Source of the DNA: an uncultured Bacteroidales bacterium
Lineage (GTDB): Bacteria; Bacteroidota; Bacteroidia; Bacteroidales; UBA10428
Direction: 5' to 3'
Length of the DNA stretch: 64,000 bases
NCBI GenBank assembly: GCA_964521285.1
Contig: CAZFQS010000014.1
Location: forward strand, 8,961 to 72,960
A program made the position numbers and the translations under genes. The notes under the pieces are model-generated. The model saw nothing but the letters and a program-made list of their open reading frames with translations, had not been told where the DNA came from and did not search any database. Below, piece after piece: positions 10,242 through 17,983 of this stretch (its first letter is position 1; every line of letters starts with the position of its first letter).

Positions 10242-10727
10242 ATGAAATACATTTTTGCTTTTATAATATTGCTGGGTTTCTGGTTACTTTTTACTTATAG
10301 TATTGAAACTCCTAATTTAATTGTTGGTGCTGTCGCATCATTAATTACTGTATTGGTATTTGCAAAACATTTTGTTAAACCTGTGTGGAAAATGCTGCAG
10401 CCTCAGCGGTATTTCTGGTTTATTATTTACCTGATTGTGTTTATATGGGAGTGTATTAAAGCTAATTTCGATGTGGCATACAGGGTATTGCATCCTGCTA
10501 TGCCCATAAAACCGGGGATCGTAAAAGTAAAACTCAACCTGAAAACAAATATGGCAAAAACTATTTTGGCCAATTCAATTACAATGACACCGGGAACAAT
10601 TACTGTAGATTTGATAGATGACACTTTATATGTACACTGGATTTATGTAAGCAGTACTGATCCTGAAGTATATAGCAAGAAAGTTGCAGGAAGATTCGAG
10701 AAATATATAAAGAAGATATTTGAATAA
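10242..10727 (+). CDS. MnhE/MrpE-like antiporter subunit
   Basis: 161 aa with N-terminal TM helices. Size and order (before the F and G homologues) fit MrpE. Confidence 0.65.
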   Translation: MKYIFAFIILLGFWLLFTYSIETPNLIVGAVASLITVLVFAKHFVKPVWKMLQPQRYFWFIIYLIVFIWECIKANFDVAYRVLHPAMPIKPGIVKVKLNLKTNMAKTILANSITMTPGTITVDLIDDTLYVHWIYVSSTDPEVYSKKVAGRFEKYIKKIFE

Positions 10728-10747
10728 TTAACGATAAAAAATTAAAA

Positions 10748-11014
10748 ATGAACCAGCTGCTTTATTACTTTTTGTATACTCAGATTGCCCTTTGTTTCTT
10801 CTGTCTGTACAGAATAATAAGAGGGCCAACAATAGCTGACAGAATGGTTGGAATAGATATTTTCGGTATTCTCGTGGTTGGTATCTGCGCAATAATAGCA
10901 GTCATAACTGATCGTATGTTTATTATTGATATTGGAATTGCGTGGATTATTTTAAGTTTCATAGGCACATTAACTTTAGCAAAATATTTAGGAGGAAGAA
11001 ATCTAAATGAGTAA
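10748..11014 (+). CDS. MnhF/MrpF-like antiporter subunit
   Basis: 88 aa. YRIIRGPTIADRMVGIDI matches the MrpF signature (RxxxGPxxxDR). Confidence 0.75.
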   Translation: MNQLLYYFLYTQIALCFFCLYRIIRGPTIADRMVGIDIFGILVVGICAIIAVITDRMFIIDIGIAWIILSFIGTLTLAKYLGGRNLNE

Positions 11015-11360
11015 AATTATTTTTATAATACTGCTATCAATAGGTATTTTATTTAATTTATTTGGTTGCATCGGACTTTTAAGGTTACCTGATGTGTATA
11101 ACAGACTGCAGTCAGCAACCAAATGTGTAACACTTGGAACCTGCAGTATACTTCTTAGCCTTATAGTATATTACGGATTTGATGAAATAGGGGTTAAAGC
11201 CTTGATCGCCATTCCATTATTATTTTTCGCAGCTACAGTAGCTGCACATGCCCTTATCAGAGGTTCATATTTCTTTGGCATCAAGCTGGGAGAGAAAAGT
11301 GTTAAAGATGATTATAAAGAAGTCGCCGGATCAGATAAAAATAAAGAATCGAAAAAATGA
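11007..11360 (+). CDS. MnhG/MrpG-like antiporter subunit
   Basis: 117 aa. GLLRLPDVYNRLQSATK matches the MrpG signature (RxPDxxxRxHaxxK-like). Confidence 0.75.
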   Translation: MSKIIFIILLSIGILFNLFGCIGLLRLPDVYNRLQSATKCVTLGTCSILLSLIVYYGFDEIGVKALIAIPLLFFAATVAAHALIRGSYFFGIKLGEKSVKDDYKEVAGSDKNKESKK

Positions 11361-11965
11361 AGTATCCTAAATTAAGAGAAGTTAAAGAAGCGGTAATTTC
11401 ATTATTGACTCCGGCTTATACAACAAAATTCCCTAAAAAGCCGCATACTCCGTTTGAGAATTACAGAGGGAAGCCGGTAGTTGATGATGAAAATTGTGTT
11501 GGTTGCGAAACTTGCGCTAATGTATGTCCTCCACATGCCATAACTTTTAAAGATGATAAAAAGAAGAAGCTAAGAGTTATTGAAAGAAATTACGGATTAT
11601 GTATTTTTTGCGGACAATGCCAGGACCATTGTATTACGGGCAAGGGTGTTAAGTTATCAGATAAAATATTTGATCTGGCAACCTTTGACAGATCTCAGCT
11701 GGTTGAGAAACAGGAAAAAGAACTTCTTGTATGCGAGAATTGCGGCGCTATAATAACAACAAAGGAACATATACAATATTTGCATAAAAAGCTAGGTCCG
11801 ATAGCCTATTCTTCTATCCTTAACCTGAATATGCTGAATGAGAAATTAAAACTTGCCGAGCCTAAAGATGTTAGTTTTGATGTTAAAGATGAATTAAAGA
11901 GAAAGGATACATTTAATATCATCTGTCCGAACTGCCTGAGAAAGGTGCTGGTAAAGAGTATATAG
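11357..11965 (+). CDS. NuoI / MbhN / HycF-like 2x[4Fe-4S] subunit with extra C-terminal CxxC..CxxC extension
   Basis: Motifs CVGCETCANVCP and CIFCGQCQDHC, plus distal CENCG and CPNCLRK pairs. ATGA overlap with the MrpG-like gene. Confidence 0.8.
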   Translation: MKYPKLREVKEAVISLLTPAYTTKFPKKPHTPFENYRGKPVVDDENCVGCETCANVCPPHAITFKDDKKKKLRVIERNYGLCIFCGQCQDHCITGKGVKLSDKIFDLATFDRSQLVEKQEKELLVCENCGAIITTKEHIQYLHKKLGPIAYSSILNLNMLNEKLKLAEPKDVSFDVKDELKRKDTFNIICPNCLRKVLVKSI

Positions 11966-12109
11966 GCTCTTCCGGTTAAACCAGGTATATCTTTTTCGGT
12001 GAAATTACCAGCATTTATACCTTTTTCCTCCTGATTTTATTTTTTCTTTTGTAATTTACATTTATCGGATAATAAGATATATAAAGACTATAGAATAAAA
12101 TAATACAAA

Positions 12110-12568
12110 TTGGTCGAATTACATAAGTACTTCCTGAAGCAGAAGAATAAGAGTCTGCTGTTTGTCGGAATAGGTAATATACTAAGAAGCGATGACGGTG
12201 CAGGTGTATACATATGCAGGAACATAATGGCAGCAAATAATATAGGGACTTTAATAGCGGAGGTAAGCATTGAAAATTACATTTCAAAAATTAATGACTT
12301 AAATCCGGATATATTAATTCTTGTTGATTGTGTAAATTTTAATAAAAAGCCGGGTTATTTTGATTTGCTTCCGGTTGAAAAGATAAAAGACTTTACTACA
12401 AATACCCATAATATTTCACTTAAGAGAATATCGGAATTTTTTAAAATGAAAGTACTTGTTTTGGGAATTCAGCCTGCTTCACTGAATTTTGGGGAAAGAC
12501 TTAGCAGGCAGGTAAAGGAATCAGCAGACAGAATAGTGGAGAATATAAATCGAATATTGTCATCCTGA
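12110..12568 (+). CDS. Hydrogenase maturation endopeptidase (HycI-like)
   Basis: TTG start. LLFVGIGNILRSDDGAGVYI matches the GNxxxxDDGxG protease motif. Lies 144 nt after the NuoI-like gene. Confidence 0.8.
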   Translation: MVELHKYFLKQKNKSLLFVGIGNILRSDDGAGVYICRNIMAANNIGTLIAEVSIENYISKINDLNPDILILVDCVNFNKKPGYFDLLPVEKIKDFTTNTHNISLKRISEFFKMKVLVLGIQPASLNFGERLSRQVKESADRIVENINRILSS

Positions 12569-12579
12569 AATTTCAGGAT
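12562..12579 (+). terminator. 18-bp perfect palindrome ATCCTGAAATTTCAGGAT spanning the protease stop codon
   Basis: Verified by eye as self-complementary. TGA stop at 12566-12568 lies inside it. No U-tract follows, so a terminator role is uncertain. Confidence 0.3.
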
Positions 12580-12588
12580 ATGTGTCAG

Positions 12589-12604
12589 CAATAGAGCAAT
12601 AGAA
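12589..12604 (+). repeat. Octamer tandem repeat CAATAGAG-CAATAGAA (2 units)
   Basis: Direct reading. One inverted unit CTCTATTG lies at 12648-12655. Same family as the arrays at 20123 and 37586. Confidence 0.8.
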
Positions 12605-12719
12605 AAAAATATTTTCAATTTCTCTACTTTAAAACTTGCAAATAGTACTCTATTGTTGTATATTAATCAATAAATTATCAGATATTTTTTATTGTAATTT
12701 ATACAAAAAACACTGAACC

Positions 12720-13145
12720 ATGGGTAAGCATCTAATATCACTTAAAGTAAAATGCCCTAATTGCAAAAAATCACTTATGGATTATACTCAATATCTTAAT
12801 GGGAAACCTAGTATCAAGGTTCACATAGGAGTGGGTAAAAGTAAAGGAGTAATAAATTTATGTTCAACTTATGGTTGTTATGAGAAGGTTAGTAATATAG
12901 ATTTAATAGAAGGTGAAATAGCCAGATTATCTTGTCCCCATTGCAAAAAGGAATTTTCCGGAACCAGTTTATGTGATGATTGTGATGCTCCTATAATCGA
13001 TTTCAATCTTGAAAAGGGAGGAAAGGTTCATGTTTGTTCGCGTATTGGTTGTAAGAAACATTTTGTTTCTTTCGAAGACATTTATGATACACTATCGAAT
13101 TTTTATGCTAATTATAATTACGGGGCAAGAGATATTGATTTCTGA
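12720..13145 (+). CDS. Uncharacterised duplicated zinc-ribbon protein
   Basis: 141 aa. Internally repeated pattern CPNC..CSTYGC and CPHC..CDDC..CSRIGC. Isolated between the two hydrogenase operons by 151 and 287 nt spacers. Confidence 0.6.
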   Translation: MGKHLISLKVKCPNCKKSLMDYTQYLNGKPSIKVHIGVGKSKGVINLCSTYGCYEKVSNIDLIEGEIARLSCPHCKKEFSGTSLCDDCDAPIIDFNLEKGGKVHVCSRIGCKKHFVSFEDIYDTLSNFYANYNYGARDIDF

Positions 13146-13432
13146 TTATTGTAAGTCATTTAATGAAATCTTGATATGTTAATCGTATAAGAGGTTTAAT
13201 TTCATAATTTATTATCCTGAAACAAGATTTCTTTCATCCTGTAAGTTTGAAATAACCTTTAAGGTTCTTACTTTTTTTTTAGATAATAATAGTATTAAAT
13301 GTAGAAATTAATCCCTGATTTACCCCCCTATTTAATAGTTACTTTTTAATTAAGAAATACAAAAATGAGATTTTTAAAGGATCCTAACAAATTGTATATA
13401 ATTATTGTAAATAATTAAAAATTACTAATTCT

Positions 13433-15229
13433 ATGGAAAATAATTTAAAGAGTATAATTGAAAAGTATAATAAAGATAATTACAGGTTATTGGATATGTT
13501 ACTGGATTTGCAGGCGGAATTTGGTTTTATATCAAAAGAGGCTATTGAGCTCATTGCAGATGAATTGATGTTATCTGAAGCTGATGTTATACAAACAGCA
13601 TCATTTTATCATTTCCTTTCATTGAAACCGGTTGGAAAATATGCCATTTATATTAATAATAGTGCTGTTGCGAATATGATGGGCAGGAAAGAAGTTGTAT
13701 CTACATTTGAGAAAGAAACAGGTATTAAAATCGGACAGGTAACTCCTGATGGACTGATAGGATTATATAATACATCCTGTATCGGTATGAATGATCAGGA
13801 ACCTGCTGCTATAATAAATAACCGCATTTTTACCAAACTAACTCCATTCAGGGTAAAAGAAATAGTCAGGGATATTAAGCAGGGTAAGAACGTTGACAAT
13901 ATGTTTTCAGCGGGTTATGGTGACGGGAAGAACAGTTCGGAATTTATCAAGGCTGTTGTTAACAATAATATAATGAAGAAAGGTCCGACACTGGATTCAA
14001 ATTACAAGGTGGGCGAGGCATTATATAAAGTATTGAATATGACACCTGAGGAAGTAATTGAAGAGATTAAAGTCTCTAATTTAAGGGGAAGGGGAGGAGC
14101 AGGTTTTCCAACCGGACTAAAGTGGCAGTTTTGCAGAAATTCTTCAGGAGACAGGAAATATATCTTTTGCAATGCTGATGAAGGTGAACCAGGTACCTTT
14201 AAAGATCGGGTAATATTGACTGAATTACCCATGTTGCTTCTTGAAGGAATGGTTATAGCCGGATATGCTGTAGGAGCTACTGAAGGAATAATATATGTCC
14301 GTTATGAATATAAATATTTACAGAAATATCTGGAAGATATACTTCAAAAATTTATGAAGGATAACTATATAGGCAAAGATATATGCGGTAAGAAAGGTTT
14401 TAATTTCAATATAAGAATTCAGTATGGTGCCGGAGCCTATATTTGTGGTCAGGAATCCGCTTTACTGGAATCTGCTGAAGGTAAAAGAGGAGAACCCAGA
14501 GACGCACCTCCTTTTCCGGTTGAAAACGGGTATCAAAATATGCCTACTGTAGTAAATAATGTTGAAACTCTTTGTGCTGTTGTCAGGATAATTATAAATG
14601 GAAGTGAATGGTACAGAGAACTTGGTACACACGAATCAACAGGAACCAAAATAATCAGTATATCTGGTGATTGCCGTTTTCCTGGTGTTTATGAAATTGA
14701 ATGGGGTATAACTTTAAATGACATTCTTGATATGGCTGGTGCAACAGATATACAGGCAGTACATGTAGGGGGGCCCTCAGGGGCACTGATTGCACAAAAT
14801 GAATTTAACAGAAAACTAGGATATGAGGATCTTGCCACAGGAGGAGCAATCATAATAATCAGTAATAAGAGGGATCTCTTATCTGATATTGTGTACCCCT
14901 CAATGGAATTTTTTATTGAAGAGTCATGTGGCAGTTGTTCTACCTGCAGGATTGTACCCAGACTGCTTCAAACCAAGCTTAAAAACCTGATCGATGGAAG
15001 AGCAATTATGCAGGATATTGATGATATGGTCAGCTGGGGCAAGATATTAAAAGCCAGTCGTTGTGGCTTAGGACAGACTGCTGCTAATCCGATTTTATCC
15101 AGTATAAAGAATTTTAGAAATTTATATGAAGAAAAGGTACAAAAGAACAAAGATTTTGCAACTAGTTTTGATTTAAATGCTGCCATCAAAGAGTCCTGTG
15201 AAGCAGCAAACAGAATACCTAATGTTTAA
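13433..15229 (+). CDS. hoxF: NAD-reducing hydrogenase diaphorase subunit HoxF (NuoE-like N-domain fused to NuoF-like FMN/NADH/4Fe-4S domain)
   Basis: GRGGAGFPTGLKW (FMN), CNADEGEPGTFKD (NADH) and ESCGSCSTCR..RCGLG (4Fe-4S). The N-terminal NuoE-like fold lacks the 2Fe-2S cysteines. Confidence 0.9.
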   Translation: MENNLKSIIEKYNKDNYRLLDMLLDLQAEFGFISKEAIELIADELMLSEADVIQTASFYHFLSLKPVGKYAIYINNSAVANMMGRKEVVSTFEKETGIKIGQVTPDGLIGLYNTSCIGMNDQEPAAIINNRIFTKLTPFRVKEIVRDIKQGKNVDNMFSAGYGDGKNSSEFIKAVVNNNIMKKGPTLDSNYKVGEALYKVLNMTPEEVIEEIKVSNLRGRGGAGFPTGLKWQFCRNSSGDRKYIFCNADEGEPGTFKDRVILTELPMLLLEGMVIAGYAVGATEGIIYVRYEYKYLQKYLEDILQKFMKDNYIGKDICGKKGFNFNIRIQYGAGAYICGQESALLESAEGKRGEPRDAPPFPVENGYQNMPTVVNNVETLCAVVRIIINGSEWYRELGTHESTGTKIISISGDCRFPGVYEIEWGITLNDILDMAGATDIQAVHVGGPSGALIAQNEFNRKLGYEDLATGGAIIIISNKRDLLSDIVYPSMEFFIEESCGSCSTCRIVPRLLQTKLKNLIDGRAIMQDIDDMVSWGKILKASRCGLGQTAANPILSSIKNFRNLYEEKVQKNKDFATSFDLNAAIKESCEAANRIPNV

Positions 15230-15240
15230 AATAGAATGAA

Positions 15241-15951
15241 ATGGAAAAAATCGTAAAATTCACAATTGACGGAAGGGAATGTATGGCTAATAAAGGCCAG
15301 TTCATACTTAGTGCTGCAAAAGAAAACGGAATATATATTCCGGCTTTATGTAATTACCCGGGCATAAAACCCAGAGGAAGCTGCAGGATATGTACCGTGC
15401 TGGTAAATGGAAGATTAATGACTGCATGCACTACACCAATTGCTAATGCTATGATTATTGAAAATGATACTGATAAGATAAATGAACTCAGAAAATCAAT
15501 AATAGAATTGTTATTTATTGAAGGTAATCATTTTTGCCCTTCATGTGAAAAAAGCGGAAATTGCGAACTTCAGGCTTTAGCATACCGTTTCAAAATCATG
15601 GCGCCGAGATTTCCATACCAGTTTCCAATGAGGAAAGTATATGCATCTATTCCAAAGATTATAAAGGAACAAAACAGGTGTATTCTTTGTAAGCGGTGTA
15701 TCCGTACTATTAAAGATGAGAAGGGCAGAAGTGTTTTTGCTTACAGAAGAAGAAGTACCAGAACAGAAGTGATTGTAGATAATAAATTGGGTCATCAACT
15801 TACGGATGAACTTGCACAGAAAGCTATGGATGTGTGCCCTGTCGGATCTATTATTTACAAAGGAAAAGGATTTTCCATACCTATAGGCAAACGTAAATAT
15901 GATGAAAAACCTATTGGAAGCGAAATTGATGAAATTAATGTTTCTAAATAA
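15241..15951 (+). CDS. hoxU: NAD-reducing hydrogenase diaphorase Fe-S subunit HoxU (NuoG N-terminal-like)
   Basis: 2Fe-2S motif C..GSCRIC..C, HFCPSCEKSGNCELQ (HxxxCxxCxxxxxC) and CILCKRCIR..CPVG. Confidence 0.9.
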   Translation: MEKIVKFTIDGRECMANKGQFILSAAKENGIYIPALCNYPGIKPRGSCRICTVLVNGRLMTACTTPIANAMIIENDTDKINELRKSIIELLFIEGNHFCPSCEKSGNCELQALAYRFKIMAPRFPYQFPMRKVYASIPKIIKEQNRCILCKRCIRTIKDEKGRSVFAYRRRSTRTEVIVDNKLGHQLTDELAQKAMDVCPVGSIIYKGKGFSIPIGKRKYDEKPIGSEIDEINVSK

Positions 15952-15966
15952 TAAAGGAAAAAAACA

Positions 15967-16515
15967 ATGAGTAAACCAATTATAGCAACAACATCACTGG
16001 CAGGATGTTTTGGATGCCATATGTCATTACTCGACATAGATGACAGAATTTTAGAACTTATTGAATTAGTGGAGTTTAATAAATCACCTATAAATGATAT
16101 TAAGAAATTTACTAAAGTGTGTGACATTGGATTTATTGAAGGTGGATGCTGCAATAGTGAAAATGTTCATATTCTAAGAGATTTTCGTTCGAATTGCAAA
16201 ATCCTTGTCTCTGTAGGAGAATGTGCAATTATGGGAGGATTGCCGGCATTAAGAAATGGTATACCTATTAAGGAATGTCTCGAGGAAGCATATATAAACA
16301 GTGTTACCGTAATAGGTAATCAGGATAAAATTATCCCTAATGATCCTGAAATTCCAATACTATTGGACAGGGTTTATCCTTGTCATGAGATAGTGAAAAT
16401 TGACTATTTTCTTCCCGGCTGTCCGCCGAGTGCAGATCTTATATATGAAGCACTGATTGCAATAATTAATGGTGAAGAAATGAAATTAGATTATGATGAT
16501 ATAAAATTTGATTAA
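15967..16515 (+). CDS. hoxY: Group 3d [NiFe] hydrogenase small subunit HoxY
   Basis: Motifs SLAGCFGCHMS, GECAIMGG and LPGCPP; 182 aa short small-subunit type. Confidence 0.9.
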   Translation: MSKPIIATTSLAGCFGCHMSLLDIDDRILELIELVEFNKSPINDIKKFTKVCDIGFIEGGCCNSENVHILRDFRSNCKILVSVGECAIMGGLPALRNGIPIKECLEEAYINSVTVIGNQDKIIPNDPEIPILLDRVYPCHEIVKIDYFLPGCPPSADLIYEALIAIINGEEMKLDYDDIKFD

Positions 16516-16528
16516 AGAGGTAAGAGAA

Positions 16529-17983
16529 ATGGGACAAAAGATAACAATTGATCCGGTTACCAGAGTCGAAGGACATGGAAAGGTTACTATCTATATGGAC
16601 AATGATGGTAATATTGAACAGACAAGATTACATATAGTAGAGTTTAGAGGTTTTGAGAGGTTTACACAGGGCAGGCCTTATTGGGAAGCACCTGTTTTGG
16701 TGCAAAGATTATGCGGCATATGTCCGGTCAGCCATCACCTTGCAGCTGCGAAAGCAATGGATGTTATTGTAGGTGCAGGTACAGGTGAAGGTCTGACTCC
16801 AACAGGGGAAAAGATGAGAAGATTAATGCATTATGGTCAAATCTTTCAATCGCATACATTGCATTTTTTTCATCTTGCCTCACCGGATCTGTTATTTGGA
16901 GTAGATGCCGATCCCCTGAAAAGGAATATTATTGGGGTTACGATCGAAAATAAGGAGCTGGCAGTCCAGGGAGTTCTTATGAGAAAATACGGACAGGAAG
17001 TTATAAAAGCTACTGCGGGAAAAAAAATACACGGAACAGGTGCAATACCAGGAGGCATAAATAAACACCTTTCAACAGAGGATAAAGAATATTTGTTAAA
17101 CGGACTTGAACCAATGAATATCAATAAAATGATTGAATGGTCTCAGGCTGCACTTGATTTTTTTCATGAATATCATTCAAAGAATAAAGATTTGATTGAT
17201 AACTTTTCAGTATTTCCTTCAAGCTCTCTGAGTCTGGTAAGAAAAGACGGCGCCCTGGATTTATATCATGGCGTACTGCGTGCTGTAAATGCCGAGGGTA
17301 AAACAATACTTCATGATATTGATTATCAGGAATATTATAAATATATTGATGAGGAAGTAAGATCATGGAGTTATATGAAATTTCCCTATTTAAAGGAGCT
17401 TGGTAAGAATGCAGGCTGGTACATGGTTGGACCGCTGGCAAGGATGAACACAGCAGAATTCATTGATACTCCTGTTGCCCAGAAGGAATTTTTAAGATTT
17501 AAGGCCTATACAAAGGGAAAGCCAAATAATATGTCTATGCATATGCACTGGGCCAGATTAATTGAGATATTGCATTCTGCGGAAATGATAAAACAACTTC
17601 TGAATGATCCCGATATTTTAAAAGGTGAACTGCTTACTAAAGGACAAAAACAACTGGAAGGAGTAGGATTAATAGAAGCCCCGCGAGGAACTTTATTTCA
17701 TCATTACAAGATAAATGAGAACGACCAGATAGTAATGGCAAATCTTATAGTTTCCACTACTAACAATAATCAGCCCATGAATGAGGCAGTGAATTTTGTT
17801 GCAAATAAAGTAATGAAAGGTAAACTAAAAATCACAGAAGGGATGATGAATGCAGTTGAAGTTGCAATAAGAGCATATGATCCGTGCCTGAGCTGTGCAA
17901 CACATGCCCTTGGTCAAATGCCACTGGAAATATCTTTATATAATGTAAATAATGAACTTATTGACCTGAAACGTAGTTATTAG
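16529..17983 (+). CDS. hoxH: Group 3d [NiFe] hydrogenase large subunit HoxH
   Basis: ORF track opens at TTG 16508. The ATG at 16529 is preceded by AAAGAGG. Motifs DPVTRVEGHG, RLCGICPVSH (L1) and DPCLSCATH (L2). Confidence 0.9.
   Translation: MGQKITIDPVTRVEGHGKVTIYMDNDGNIEQTRLHIVEFRGFERFTQGRPYWEAPVLVQRLCGICPVSHHLAAAKAMDVIVGAGTGEGLTPTGEKMRRLMHYGQIFQSHTLHFFHLASPDLLFGVDADPLKRNIIGVTIENKELAVQGVLMRKYGQEVIKATAGKKIHGTGAIPGGINKHLSTEDKEYLLNGLEPMNINKMIEWSQAALDFFHEYHSKNKDLIDNFSVFPSSSLSLVRKDGALDLYHGVLRAVNAEGKTILHDIDYQEYYKYIDEEVRSWSYMKFPYLKELGKNAGWYMVGPLARMNTAEFIDTPVAQKEFLRFKAYTKGKPNNMSMHMHWARLIEILHSAEMIKQLLNDPDILKGELLTKGQKQLEGVGLIEAPRGTLFHHYKINENDQIVMANLIVSTTNNNQPMNEAVNFVANKVMKGKLKITEGMMNAVEVAIRAYDPCLSCATHALGQMPLEISLYNVNNELIDLKRSY

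Noticed and set aside
12015-12287. 90-aa and 60-aa minus-strand ORFs in the spacer before the HycI-like protease
   Set aside because: They overlap the protease N-terminus, which carries the GNxxxxDDGxG motif. Their composition is biased and they have no partner signals.
12720-13145. Zinc-ribbon ORF as HypA (Ni metallochaperone)
   Set aside because: It lacks the N-terminal MHE nickel motif, and its cysteine spacing (CPxC..CxxxGC duplicated) differs from the HypA CxxC-x12-13-CxxC zinc site.
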